DNA of 62,827 nucleotides, filler included, from Sandaracinaceae bacterium (lineage in GTDB: Bacteria > Myxococcota_A > Polyangia > Polyangiales > JADJQN01): assembly GCA_947483975.1 (NCBI GenBank). It is 7 parts of 7 records of this genome, joined end to end, with 100 filler letters (N's around TTAATTAATTAA, not from the genome) between each part and the next. Parts side by side here need not be neighbours in the genome. Positions count along the whole stretch, not along the records: positions 1 to 9,063 come from CANKOL010000218.1; 6 more parts are not named here. One strand, written 5' to 3'. Positions 1-8,826 of this stretch are shown here, one piece after another (the first letter of the stretch is position 1; each line of letters starts with the position of its first letter). The position numbers were made by a program, and so were the translations under genes. The notes under the pieces are model-generated. The model did no database searches, was not told where the DNA came from, and saw only the letters and a list, made by a program, of their open reading frames with translations.

Positions 1-1144
1 CCGCGAGGGCCTCACGCTCGCCGTCGTCACGCTCTCGACGCGCGCCGTCGAGCTGACGCCCGTCGCGCGGCACCAGCCCGCCGGGAGCCCCGTGCGCGTC
101 CGCGGGCGCCTGCTCGGCGCGCTCGAGCGGCCCACGTTCGCCGTGACCCAGCCGAGCGGTGAGGTCACCCGCCTCGCCGGCGGCGCGGGCCCGGCGTTCG
201 ACGTCAGCGTCCCGACGACGGCGCCCGGCGTCTACCGCGTCGAGCTCCTCGCGCAGGGCGCGCGCGGCGACACCGTCGTCGCGAACTTCCCGCTCTACGT
301 CGGCGTCGACGTGCCCACCTCGGTGACGCTCCCCGCCGCGGGCGCCGCCGCGTCCTCCGGCAACGTCGAGGACGTCGAGGCGCAGCTCTTCGCGCTCCTC
401 AACGACGCGCGCCGCGCGCAGGGGCGCCCGCCGCTCGAGCGCGACGAGGCGATCGCCCGCGTCGCCCGCGCGCACAGCCGCGACATGGTCGAGCACGGCT
501 TCGTCGGCCACACCTCGCCGACGACCGGCAGCGCGGCCGACCGCGTGCAGCGCGCGGGCCTGCGCAGCGGCCTCGTGCTCGAGAACATCGGCCGCGGCTA
601 CAGCGCCGCCGAGCTCCACCGCGGCCTGCTCGAGAGCCCCGGGCACCGCGCGAACCTCGTCAACCCGGACGTCACGCACGTCGGCTTGGGCGTCGTCGCC
701 GAGCCCGAGGGCGCCCGCACCGCGTTCGTCGCGACCGAGATCTTCCTCAAGATGGCCCACGAGATCGACCTCGCCGCCGCGCCCGCCGAGCTCCTCGCGC
801 TGCTCAACCGCGCGCGCGAGGCCCGCGGCTCCCGCGCCCTCGAGACCGACCCGAACCTCTCCCGCGCCGCGAGCGAAGCCGCCGCGCACTTCTTCAGCGA
901 CCCACAGGCGACGCAGCAAGACGTCGTCGACGACGCGAGCGCGAGCCTGCGCCGCTTCTCGATCCAGTTCCGCCGCATCGGCGGCCTGATGGCCGTCGTC
1001 ACCGACCTCTCCGAGGCCGGCACCCTCGAGCCCGCCCTCGACCGCGAGGTCCGCTACGTCGGCCTCGGCGTCGCGCAGGGCACGCGGGCGGACACGGGGC
1101 CGAACGCGATCTCGGTGGTGATCATGCTCGGGTGGGGGAGATAG
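1..1144 (+). CDS. CAP (SCP-like) domain protein with two tandem CAP-like domains, 5'-truncated
   Basis: The frame is open to the window edge. CAP motifs: LLNDARRAQG..L, ARAHSRDM, GFVGH, ENIG, SPGHRANL, HVGLGV. A second degenerate copy begins at LLNRAREARG. Confidence 0.8.
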   Translation, partial: REGLTLAVVTLSTRAVELTPVARHQPAGSPVRVRGRLLGALERPTFAVTQPSGEVTRLAGGAGPAFDVSVPTTAPGVYRVELLAQGARGDTVVANFPLYVGVDVPTSVTLPAAGAAASSGNVEDVEAQLFALLNDARRAQGRPPLERDEAIARVARAHSRDMVEHGFVGHTSPTTGSAADRVQRAGLRSGLVLENIGRGYSAAELHRGLLESPGHRANLVNPDVTHVGLGVVAEPEGARTAFVATEIFLKMAHEIDLAAAPAELLALLNRAREARGSRALETDPNLSRAASEAAAHFFSDPQATQQDVVDDASASLRRFSIQFRRIGGLMAVVTDLSEAGTLEPALDREVRYVGLGVAQGTRADTGPNAISVVIMLGWGR

Positions 1145-1145
1145 C

Positions 1146-1174
1146 AACCCCCCAGCCCCCCTCGCGGGGGGGTT
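1146..1174. terminator. GC-rich hairpin (terminator or REP-like) between convergent genes
   Basis: CCCCCC-TCGC-GGGGGG inverted repeat directly after the CAP gene stop codon. Confidence 0.4.
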
Positions 1175-1308
1175 CGAAGACGGCTGGTATGGCGCTGGGC
1201 GTTGCTTTTCCAGCGGTGGGCTGAGCGGGGCCGGTGGGCGGCGATGCTCGGATGGTGGGGCGTCGGCGGGCGGCTTCGTTCGGATAAAAACCGTCGCGGG
1301 TGGCCTCG

Positions 1309-1803
1309 TCAGCTGGTCTCGCGCTCGAACTTCGCACCGAGCCGCTTTTTGAGCGTGCGCACGAGCTGGTTGTAGGCGCTGTCCTGCTCGTCGGTGCCGC
1401 CCAACACGGTCGCGTCGAGGGTGTGTCCCTCTGGCAGGTAGAGCTTCGTCGAGTGGTTCCAGCCGCCGCGCGCCGCGGGCGTCTTGGTGTGGCGCTCCTC
1501 GGCGTGCGTCAGCGCTGCGAGCGGGATGCTCCACTCGCTGCGCTCGCCGAGGCGTAGCCCGAGGAGCACCCGCGTCCGCGAGAGGCGGAGTCCCTGCTCG
1601 TCGAGCGTCACTCGCACCTCTTCGCTGAACACGTAATAGACGGCGGCGAAGAGCGCCGCTGCGACGAGCACGGGCACCGCCGCGATGAGCGGCCCGCGGG
1701 GCGCCAAGTGGAGCGTCGTGCCCACCGCGGGCACCACGAGGAAGATCGCCGCACACCCGACCGCGAAGCGACCCTGAGGCCGAACGACGAAGGACTCGCT
1801 CAT
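1309..1803 (-). CDS. Hypothetical membrane protein (2 TM helices plus small soluble domain)
   Basis: ATG at 1803 with GGAGG upstream, and two hydrophobic segments. The longer ORF in the track only runs through the non-coding repeat array. Confidence 0.6.
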   Translation of the reverse strand: MSESFVVRPQGRFAVGCAAIFLVVPAVGTTLHLAPRGPLIAAVPVLVAAALFAAVYYVFSEEVRVTLDEQGLRLSRTRVLLGLRLGERSEWSIPLAALTHAEERHTKTPAARGGWNHSTKLYLPEGHTLDATVLGGTDEQDSAYNQLVRTLKKRLGAKFERETS

Positions 1804-1960
1804 GCCGCCATCCTCCCACGGCAGAGGCGCCCCGGTCACACCGGGCTCGGCGCCTCGCGCGCCGCCGACTTCGCGACCGCCGGGGTCGTAGGGCGCCATG
1901 TGCGTCGCCGAGTGCGCTGAGCGGGGCCGGTGTGCGGCGATGGCGGCGATGGGGAAGGTC

Positions 1961-2353
1961 TTGGGCTGCGGCGCAGGCGTTTTCGTTCGTCGCCGACGTC
2001 TGGGGGCTGCGGCGCAGGCATTTTCGTTCGTCGCTGACGTCTGGGGGCTGCGGCGCAGGCGGTTTTCGTTCTTCGCTGACGATTTTGGCCTGCGGCGCAG
2101 GCGGATTTCGTTCTTCGCTGACGATTTTGGCCTGCGGCGCAGGCGGTTTTCGTTCTTCGCTGACGATTTTGGCCTGCGGCGCAGGCGGTTTTCGTTCGTT
2201 GGCGAGGTTTTGGCCTGCGGCGCAGGCGGCTGCGTTCGTTGGCGACGTTTTGGGCTGCGGCGCAGGCGGTTGCGTTCGTTGGTGACGTTTTGGGCTGCGG
2301 CGCAGGCGGCTGCGTTCGTTGGCGACGTTTTGGGCTGCGGCGCAGGCGGCTGC
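1961..2353. repeat. Tandem array of 10 imperfect 40-42 bp units with palindromic core CTGCGGCGCAGGC
   Basis: Cores start at 1966, 2007, 2048, 2090, 2132, 2174, 2215, 2255, 2295 and 2335 (periods 41,41,42,42,42,41,40,40,40). The inter-core segments are homologous to each other. Confidence 0.95.
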
Positions 2354-2547
2354 CGTCGGTGGCTGCCCTCGAGCGCCGCAGCGGGACGCGACGACCGACG
2401 ACGAGCATCTCGTCGAGGGCTTTGCACCGCGGCGACGATGGCGATCGCGGTTTACGGCCCGCGAAGCGAACGCGAGCTGCGCATGAGGCAGTTCGCCCGG
2501 AGTCCGGGTGACTGCCCGGCGCGGTCAGGTGGGGATTTGCGTAGCCT

Positions 2548-2695
2548 CGCAACCCTCACCCACGTTGCGCCCGCTCGCCGTCGACACCCTCACCCGCCAC
2601 GCAACCCTCACCCACGCTGCGCCCGCTCGCCGTCGACACCCTCTCCCGCGCGCGGGAGAGGGTAGCTAGCGCGGCGCGTAGAGCGAGGGTGAGGG
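2548..2695. repeat. REP/MITE-like element: ~50-bp direct duplication plus a 26-bp perfect palindrome
   Basis: CGCAACCCTCACCCACG(T/C)TGCGCCCGCTCGCCGTCGACACCCTC occurs at 2548 and 2600. ACCCTCTCCCGCGCGCGGGAGAGGGT is at 2638-2663. The element closes with GGGTGAGGG, the inverse of CCCTCACCC. Confidence 0.75.
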
Positions 2696-2766
2696 CGACG
2701 GGAGTCGCGCAGCCTCGCGGCGCCGCTCTCTGCGCGCCGTCGCTGATGCGGCGAAGCTCGTACTCC

Positions 2767-2794
2767 TTGACACACAACTCATAGGTTGTACCAT
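2767..2794 (+). promoter_or_regulatory. Sigma70-type promoter of hicAB with embedded operator palindrome
   Basis: TTGACA (2767-2772), 16-bp spacer, TACCAT (2789-2794). Inverted repeat ACAAC-N6-GTTGT at 2774-2789. Confidence 0.65.
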
Positions 2795-2800
2795 GGCTGT

Positions 2801-2989
2801 GTGATCTCGCGGGAGATCATCGCCAAGCTGCTCGATGCTGGCTGGGTGCTCGTGCACACGTCAGGGTCGCATCACCAGTTCGCGCATGAGTCGAGGGGCG
2901 GGCGGGTGACCGTGCCGCATCCGAAGAAGGACCTCCCGCTGGGCACGATCAAGAGCATCGAGAAGCAATCCGGATTGAAGCTCCGGTAG
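2801..2989 (+). CDS. hicA: Type II toxin-antitoxin HicA family toxin
   Basis: 62 aa: SREIIAKL..AGW....GSHHQF.H....GRVTVPHPKKDLP.GTIKSI is the HicA signature. GTG start is inferred. Confidence 0.92.
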   Translation: MISREIIAKLLDAGWVLVHTSGSHHQFAHESRGGRVTVPHPKKDLPLGTIKSIEKQSGLKLR

Positions 2990-2998
2990 GAGAGCGCC

Positions 2999-3421
2999 AT
3001 GCAGTACACGGCACGTGTCACACGAGAGGGGCGGCACTGGCTCGCGGAGTTCGTCGATGCGCCCGGCTGTCAGACCTTTGCCGGATCGCGCTCGGAGCTC
3101 GAGGCCATGGCGACGGATGCGCTCCTCGGGTGGCTCAAGGCGTTTCTCGTGACCGGAGACGCGCCGCCTGCACCGCGTACGCGCCGCGTGACCGGTGACG
3201 TGTTGCGCGTGGTCGTGCCCCCGGCGCTGGCGGTCGCGATCGCGATTCGTTGGGCGCGCCTGGCGGCGAACCTCACGCAGGGCGAGCTAGCGAAGCGCGC
3301 GCACGTCTCTCAGCAGCAGATCGCGAAGCTGGAGCGGCCCGACGAGAATCCCACCATCGGTACGCTCGCGAAGGTCGCAGACGCGCTGAACGTCCGCCTC
3401 GACGTCGGGTTCTCGCGCTGA
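2999..3421 (+). CDS. hicB: HicB family antitoxin with C-terminal XRE-type HTH
   Basis: N-terminal W.AEF.DAPGCQTF...A.DAL fold, C-terminal LTQGELAKRAHVSQQQIAKLE. AGGAG RBS, directly downstream of hicA. Confidence 0.88.
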   Translation: MQYTARVTREGRHWLAEFVDAPGCQTFAGSRSELEAMATDALLGWLKAFLVTGDAPPAPRTRRVTGDVLRVVVPPALAVAIAIRWARLAANLTQGELAKRAHVSQQQIAKLERPDENPTIGTLAKVADALNVRLDVGFSR

Positions 3422-3455
3422 ACGTTGGGAGACGCGCAGCCTCGGAGCGACTCCC

Positions 3456-5240
3456 TCAGCCCGCCGTCGCCGCTGCCTTCGCCGGCCGCACATACTCCAG
3501 CGCCTGCTTCGCGACCCACTGCGCGAGGGCTGGCACATACGGCGCCATGTTCTTCGCCGAGCGGACTGCCCACTTGGCGTCTCTCTGCGCGAAGTGTCGG
3601 ACGCGCTCGACGCGGCGCTCCGCGTGGAGTCTCGCGCGACCGAAGAGGCCCGCTTTCATGAAGGGCGCGAGGTCGTGCACGAGGTCGGCGCCGGTGCCAG
3701 CCAATCGGTGCGGCGCCCTCTCGAGGCCGTTCGCGTAGGTCGTCTTGGCGAGGTAGGCGGCGACCTCTTCGCGGGTGACTCCGTGCTGCTTCAGCGCGGA
3801 CTCGAACTCTGCCTCTGCGCGCAATCGCGCCTTGAAGAGGACCATCTGCACGCGGGAGTAGAAGTTCACGGCGCCGTCGCCGCTCGTCTCCACCGGGCAG
3901 AAGAGCGCGTCGGGGAATAGCTCGGTGACCAGGGACTGCACTCCGTCGGAGACTCCCGAGCTCGGCATGCAGCCAAACGGCTTCACGCTCAGGGTCATAT
4001 GCGACTTCTGGTGCGCGACGTTGAGGATCAGCTTGGCGACCTCGAGGTGGCCCTCGCCGCCGCGCAGGCTGACGTCGTAGTGCGCGTTCGCGGCCTCGGC
4101 GATCTCCTCCATGTCGGGGAGCGAATAGCCGCGCAGCCCGACCAGCCGCGCGAAGGTGTGGAATGTGCCGCGCAGCGCGAGCTCGCCCACCCAGAGGCCG
4201 CCGAGCTTGAGCGCGACGTCCGAGCCGCGGAGCCCGAAGGGGCCGCCGTCGGTGTCGCGCAGCGTCGCGCGCAGCTCGGTGTCGTGCCGCGCCTCCCATA
4301 GGTTGTAGAGGAGCAGCGACGCGAGGATGTGAATCTCGCACTCCGCGCCTTCTTGCTCGAGGAAGCGCTGAAGGTGGTAGTTGCCGTCCCCCTCCGTCGT
4401 CATCGCCCAGAACTCGCCGAGCACGGAGACCTTCGCCTTGCCCTGCAGGCGATTCAGCGGGACTGCCTGCAGGACCTTGCCCGCGCGGTGCAGGGCCCTG
4501 AGCACGCTCGTCTGGCCGCGGAGGGCGTCGTGGACGAGCTTCTTCGCGGCGGTGAGCGCGATGTCCGTCGAGCCGGGCGTCACCTCATACGGGCGCAGGC
4601 GATAGCCCGCCAGATTCAGCACATCGGCCGTGAACAGCGCCTTGAGGAGGGCGATGAAGAACGTCGGCGTGAGGTCGAGTCCCGCCTCGTCGCCGGTCGC
4701 TTGTTGGAGCCCGCCCGCCTGCTGAAAGAGCATCACGCGAAAGCCGTCGAAGCCCGCGTCGCGGAGCGCCTTGCGGTACTCCGTCGCGTACATCCCGAAC
4801 CGACACGGCCCGCACGCGCCCGCGGTGAAGAACACATGACCATCGATGATCTCCGCGGTCGTCATCCCCTCTTCGTCGCGCAGGCGACAGAGCTCTTTGA
4901 CGAGGTTCCCGACCGTGAAGTACGTCGGATTGCACTGGCTCTTGTTCCCGAATTCCTTGCCGAAGCGGAGCGCCTCGAGGTCCGGGGTGTCGAGCGCGCG
5001 CACGTCGTAGCCACAGCCGCTGAGCGCGCCGGCGACGAGATAGTCGTGCGCCATCGTCAGCCCGCCGCAGAGGAGCGTCGTGCGCCCGCGCTGGCTCGCG
5101 GAGAACTGCGGGTTGATCATCCGATCGGTCCAGTGCACCGGGTCGGCGGCGATCCCGAGGCGGGCTCGCTCCCTCTCCTCGAAGCGCGCGAGCGAGTCCT
5201 CGAGGTCGTCGACGACGACGAGCTGCGCGGCGCGCCTCAT
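3456..5240 (-). CDS. 2-hydroxyacyl-CoA dehydratase/activase-associated protein
   Basis: Cys motifs QCNPTYFTVGN, GACGPCRFGMY, KPFGCMP and GGEGHLEV. The ATG overlaps the upstream TGA (ATGA). Confidence 0.8.
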   Translation of the reverse strand: MRRAAQLVVVDDLEDSLARFEERERARLGIAADPVHWTDRMINPQFSASQRGRTTLLCGGLTMAHDYLVAGALSGCGYDVRALDTPDLEALRFGKEFGNKSQCNPTYFTVGNLVKELCRLRDEEGMTTAEIIDGHVFFTAGACGPCRFGMYATEYRKALRDAGFDGFRVMLFQQAGGLQQATGDEAGLDLTPTFFIALLKALFTADVLNLAGYRLRPYEVTPGSTDIALTAAKKLVHDALRGQTSVLRALHRAGKVLQAVPLNRLQGKAKVSVLGEFWAMTTEGDGNYHLQRFLEQEGAECEIHILASLLLYNLWEARHDTELRATLRDTDGGPFGLRGSDVALKLGGLWVGELALRGTFHTFARLVGLRGYSLPDMEEIAEAANAHYDVSLRGGEGHLEVAKLILNVAHQKSHMTLSVKPFGCMPSSGVSDGVQSLVTELFPDALFCPVETSGDGAVNFYSRVQMVLFKARLRAEAEFESALKQHGVTREEVAAYLAKTTYANGLERAPHRLAGTGADLVHDLAPFMKAGLFGRARLHAERRVERVRHFAQRDAKWAVRSAKNMAPYVPALAQWVAKQALEYVRPAKAAATAG

Positions 5241-8200
5241 AGGCCCACCCCGCTGCCGTCGGCTTCGCCCGCAGGCGCACGCCCCGCGAGCGCCGCCGCC
5301 TTGCTCCGAATCAGAAACAGCCGCCGCTCGTCCACGCGGCGGGTCAGCTCCTGTTTGCGGTCGGCCTGGTCCACGAGGCGCTCCTCGTGGAGCTTCAGCG
5401 AGTGCACATAGGTCTTCACGCGGATCTTGATAGAGCCTCCAGGCTTGTTGGCGTCTAGGTCGTGGAGGCCGACATGAGGAGTCGCGCTCTCGCGCACGAT
5501 GCCCTCGATGATGCCGTAGGCGGGCGCGTCGTGACCGCACTTGAAGCTCGAGAGATCGAGCATCACCACGTTCGGGTGTCGGGCGGCGAACTTCGCGCCC
5601 CAGACCTTCTGCGCGCTGTTGGCGGAGTAGCTCTCGGGCCAGACATCGCCGATCTCGAGCGCGTCCCGGATCTGCCCGCGCTCGAGATCGCGCTGAAAGA
5701 ACCGCCTGAGCCAGCGCGGGTCCTTCGGGATCGAGCGCACGCTGAGCAGCGGATATCCGGCCGTCTGAAACTCGTCCGGAATCCCATGGTGCAGCCCGGG
5801 ATCTGCGTGATACGGCCGCCCGAGCACCAGGATCGCGACGCTCCGGCGCTCCTCGACGTCCTCGAGGATCGCCTTGCCGCGCCGCTCGAGATCCGCGTCG
5901 AACGCGTGCAGCGCCTTCCACCCCTCGGCGGCCGCGAAGTCGCTCTCGTCCTCGGTCACGCCGAGCTCCGGGCCGAACGCCTCGAAGAGCCGGCGCCGCA
6001 GCAGCGTGGGCTCCGTGAACGCGAGCGCCGGGTCGAGGTACTTGATGCCGCGCACGCCGAAGAAGTCCTGCTCCTTGGTGAACGCCGCCTTCATCACGTT
6101 GGGCGTCCCGGCGACGATCGGGCACGCGGCGTGATCGACCGCGTGCGCAGTGAACGACGGCAGATGCGTCAGGCTCGGGAAGAAGATCGCGTCGAGCGGG
6201 CGCGCAGCGTGCTTGTCGAAGAAGAGCTGATGGAAGTGCGCTTGCACGACCTTCGATGGGAAGCACGGATCGACCGAGCCGTACTTGCCGCCGACTGACC
6301 ACATCTCCTCGGAGGTCTCGTCGCTCCACACGATGTTGCGCGCGTCGAGCCCGAGCGCCCGGAAGTACGTCGTCCAGAACGGACCCGTCGAGTACATGTT
6401 GAGCACTCGCGGCATCCCGACTCGATAGCGCCGCCGCCGCTCGGCTGACTCCGCGCTCGAGCGCCGAAAGCCGCGCGTGTACTTCCTGCGCGTCAGCTTG
6501 CCGAAGAAGCTCTTCTCGACCGCCGCGTCCTCGACCGGAGAGTCCGCGTCCGGCATCGCCACCGGCTCATACCAAGGCTGAAACGCGCGCCTCGCCTCGT
6601 ACGCGACGAGGTTCGGGAACTCCTTGGCGAGCGCCTGCCGCGCGCGCACCTGCTCGAGCATCGCGTCCTTCGACTCGACCATGCCCTTCTCACACGAGAA
6701 GCCCGCGATGTAGCGCGCCGTCGTGCCGTCCGGGCGATACGCGTCCACGAAGGTGCGCGAGCAGTCGTTCGGGCAGAAGTGGCACTTCGTGCTCTCGTCC
6801 GTGCGCGTCTCGTAGCGCAGGTCGATGGCCTGCTCGAGGCCGATGAACGAGGTGCTGCCCTTGCGCTGCACGACCCGCAGGGTCTCCATCGCCGCGCCGA
6901 TCGCGCCCGCCTCGCCCGCGTGCGGGTGCACGAAGACCTCCGCCCCGGGCACGCGCTGCGTGATGTAGTCGACCTGCGCCTTGACCGCCGCGAGGTTGTA
7001 CTGAGTCCCGCCCTGCAGGACGAAGCGCCGCCCGAGGGACGCCAAGCGCGGGATCCCGACGACGTACTGCCAGATGTTCTTCGGCAGCACCTGCGCGAGT
7101 CCCGCGAGCAGCTCCTCCTTCGAGAAGCCCTCCTTCTGGAAGTTCACGCGATCGGTGTCGAGAAAGACCGCGCAGCCGTAGCTGAACGTAGGCGCGAGCT
7201 CCGCGCGAAACGCCGTCTCTGCGTACTCGCTGACAGGCAATCCAAACTGAGCCGCCATCGCCTGCAGCAACATCCCATTGCCCGCCGAGCACTGGTTCGA
7301 GAGCTTGAAATTCCGGATATCGCCGTTCTGCATGAACAGGACCTTGATGTCCTGTCCGCCGATGTCGCAGACGACGTCGACCGCGCCGAAGAAGTGCGTC
7401 GCGCTCGTCATATGCGCGATCGTCTCGACGATGTTGACGTCGGTGCACAGGCACTCTTCGAGGATGTCGGCGGCGTAGCCCGTCGCGCCGAACCCGATGA
7501 TCTCGAGCGTCGCGCCGTCTGCCGTCAGCCCGTCGCGGAGCTCGCGCAGCAGGTTGCGCATATCCGTGATCGGGTTGCCCTCCGAGAGCGCGTACGCCTT
7601 GCGCAGCAGCGCCCCGTCGTCCCCGACGAGGACCGCCTTGCTGCTGGTGCTCCCGCCGTCGAGCCCGATCACCGCGCGCACGTGCTGCCCGCGCGCGAAG
7701 CGCACCGGCTCGAACTTTGGGAGCCGATACTTCTCCCGGAAGAGCGCGAGCTCCTCAGGCGAGCGCGCGAGCGGCGGTCCGGCGGTCTCGGCGAGGCGCG
7801 CCTTGCGACCCTCCGTCGCGTAGGCGCGCAGCCCCTCGACGCCCGCATAGCGCCCGACGTCCGACGCCTCGTGCAGCCCGAACATCACCGCGCCGTACGC
7901 CGCGTAGAGCTGCGCGTTCGCCGGCACGATGATCAGCTCGTCGAGCGGAACATCCTTCGGATACTCATAGCCGCGCTCGTCCCAGGTCTCCGGGATGCGC
8001 TTGCGCCAGCACGCCTGCAAGAACGGCAGATACGCGTTGGGCCCGCCGAGCAGCAGCACCTTGTGCCGCAGCGTGTTGCCGCGCGTCAGCACGGCGAGGT
8101 TCTGCATCACGATCGCGTCGGCGAGCGAGCACATGATCTCTTCCGACGGGATGCCCGTCTTGATGAGATTCACGACATCCGTCTCGGCGAAGACTCCGCA

Positions 8201-8716
8201 CTTCGCCGCGACGTGATGCAGCTTGTCGGCGTTGAACTCGAGGGTGGCGAGCTTCTCGGCGGGCAGCCCGACCTTGATCATGCACTTGTCGATCGTCGCG
8301 CCCGTGCCGGAGGCGCACTTGTCGTTCATCGACGTCGACGCGGTCTTCCCGGCTTTCCCGCTGTCCTTGAAGATGATGATCTTCGCGTCTTGTCCGCCGA
8401 GCTCGATCACGCTCCCGACGTCCGGGTGCAGCGTCTCGACGGCGAGGGTGACCGCGTTGACCTCTTGGACGAAGCGCGCGCCGAGCGGCGCGGCGAGCGG
8501 ACCGGAGCCCGAGCCCGTCACGAAGCAGCGGAGCCGCTCCCGCCGCACGTCGGGGAACGCGCCCTCGATCGCCCCGAGCAGCTCGAGCACGGTCTCGGGC
8601 TGCTTGGTGTGGTGGCGCTGGTAGTCGCTCCACAGGATCGCGCGCGTCTCCGGATCGACGACGACCGCCTTCACCGTCGTCGAGCCAACGTCCATTCCGA
8701 TCACGAGCTCGCGCAT
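5237..8716 (-). CDS. CoA-substrate-specific enzyme activase (tandem BadF/BadG/BcrA/BcrD ATPase domains plus DUF2229-like domain)
   Basis: Two ASKHA modules: GMDVGSTTVK / ELGGQDAK / MNDKCASGTG / CGVFAE and GLDGGSTSSK / DIGGQDIK / NQCSAGNG / CAVF. Also CHFCPNDC, PCFPSK and SFKCGHD. Confidence 0.88.
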   Translation of the reverse strand: MRELVIGMDVGSTTVKAVVVDPETRAILWSDYQRHHTKQPETVLELLGAIEGAFPDVRRERLRCFVTGSGSGPLAAPLGARFVQEVNAVTLAVETLHPDVGSVIELGGQDAKIIIFKDSGKAGKTASTSMNDKCASGTGATIDKCMIKVGLPAEKLATLEFNADKLHHVAAKCGVFAETDVVNLIKTGIPSEEIMCSLADAIVMQNLAVLTRGNTLRHKVLLLGGPNAYLPFLQACWRKRIPETWDERGYEYPKDVPLDELIIVPANAQLYAAYGAVMFGLHEASDVGRYAGVEGLRAYATEGRKARLAETAGPPLARSPEELALFREKYRLPKFEPVRFARGQHVRAVIGLDGGSTSSKAVLVGDDGALLRKAYALSEGNPITDMRNLLRELRDGLTADGATLEIIGFGATGYAADILEECLCTDVNIVETIAHMTSATHFFGAVDVVCDIGGQDIKVLFMQNGDIRNFKLSNQCSAGNGMLLQAMAAQFGLPVSEYAETAFRAELAPTFSYGCAVFLDTDRVNFQKEGFSKEELLAGLAQVLPKNIWQYVVGIPRLASLGRRFVLQGGTQYNLAAVKAQVDYITQRVPGAEVFVHPHAGEAGAIGAAMETLRVVQRKGSTSFIGLEQAIDLRYETRTDESTKCHFCPNDCSRTFVDAYRPDGTTARYIAGFSCEKGMVESKDAMLEQVRARQALAKEFPNLVAYEARRAFQPWYEPVAMPDADSPVEDAAVEKSFFGKLTRRKYTRGFRRSSAESAERRRRYRVGMPRVLNMYSTGPFWTTYFRALGLDARNIVWSDETSEEMWSVGGKYGSVDPCFPSKVVQAHFHQLFFDKHAARPLDAIFFPSLTHLPSFTAHAVDHAACPIVAGTPNVMKAAFTKEQDFFGVRGIKYLDPALAFTEPTLLRRRLFEAFGPELGVTEDESDFAAAEGWKALHAFDADLERRGKAILEDVEERRSVAILVLGRPYHADPGLHHGIPDEFQTAGYPLLSVRSIPKDPRWLRRFFQRDLERGQIRDALEIGDVWPESYSANSAQKVWGAKFAARHPNVVMLDLSSFKCGHDAPAYGIIEGIVRESATPHVGLHDLDANKPGGSIKIRVKTYVHSLKLHEERLVDQADRKQELTRRVDERRLFLIRSKAAALAGRAPAGEADGSGVGL

Positions 8717-8772
8717 CGAAAACCTACCCCCCCGCCCCCAGGCGCCAGGTGCGCCGAGTTTGTCGTTGCTGG

Positions 8773-8790
8773 CACTGACGTCAGTGTCAG
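8773..8790. promoter_or_regulatory. Candidate TetR operator
   Basis: Perfect 14-bp palindrome CACTGACGTCAGTG (8773-8786) overlapping CTGAC-N6-GTCAG, between the divergent activase and TetR genes. Confidence 0.55.
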
Positions 8791-8826
8791 CCGGGGACCG
8801 TAGCACAGCTGTGGTACGGTCGCGCC

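Noticed and set aside
1961..2353. CRISPR array
   Set aside because: The inter-repeat segments are homologous to each other rather than unique spacers, the conserved core is only ~13-16 bp, and no cas genes are present in the window.
1836..2665. Arg/Ala-rich ORFs across the repeat array (1309..2427 extension, 1836..2552, 1898..2665, 1932..2285)
   Set aside because: They are translations of a repeat with non-triplet periods, and the same peptide motifs rotate among frames.
5241..6329. 957-aa ORF 3456..6329 as a long overlapping gene
   Set aside because: The upstream part is an alternate-frame shadow of the activase. The real start is the ATGA-coupled ATG at 5240.
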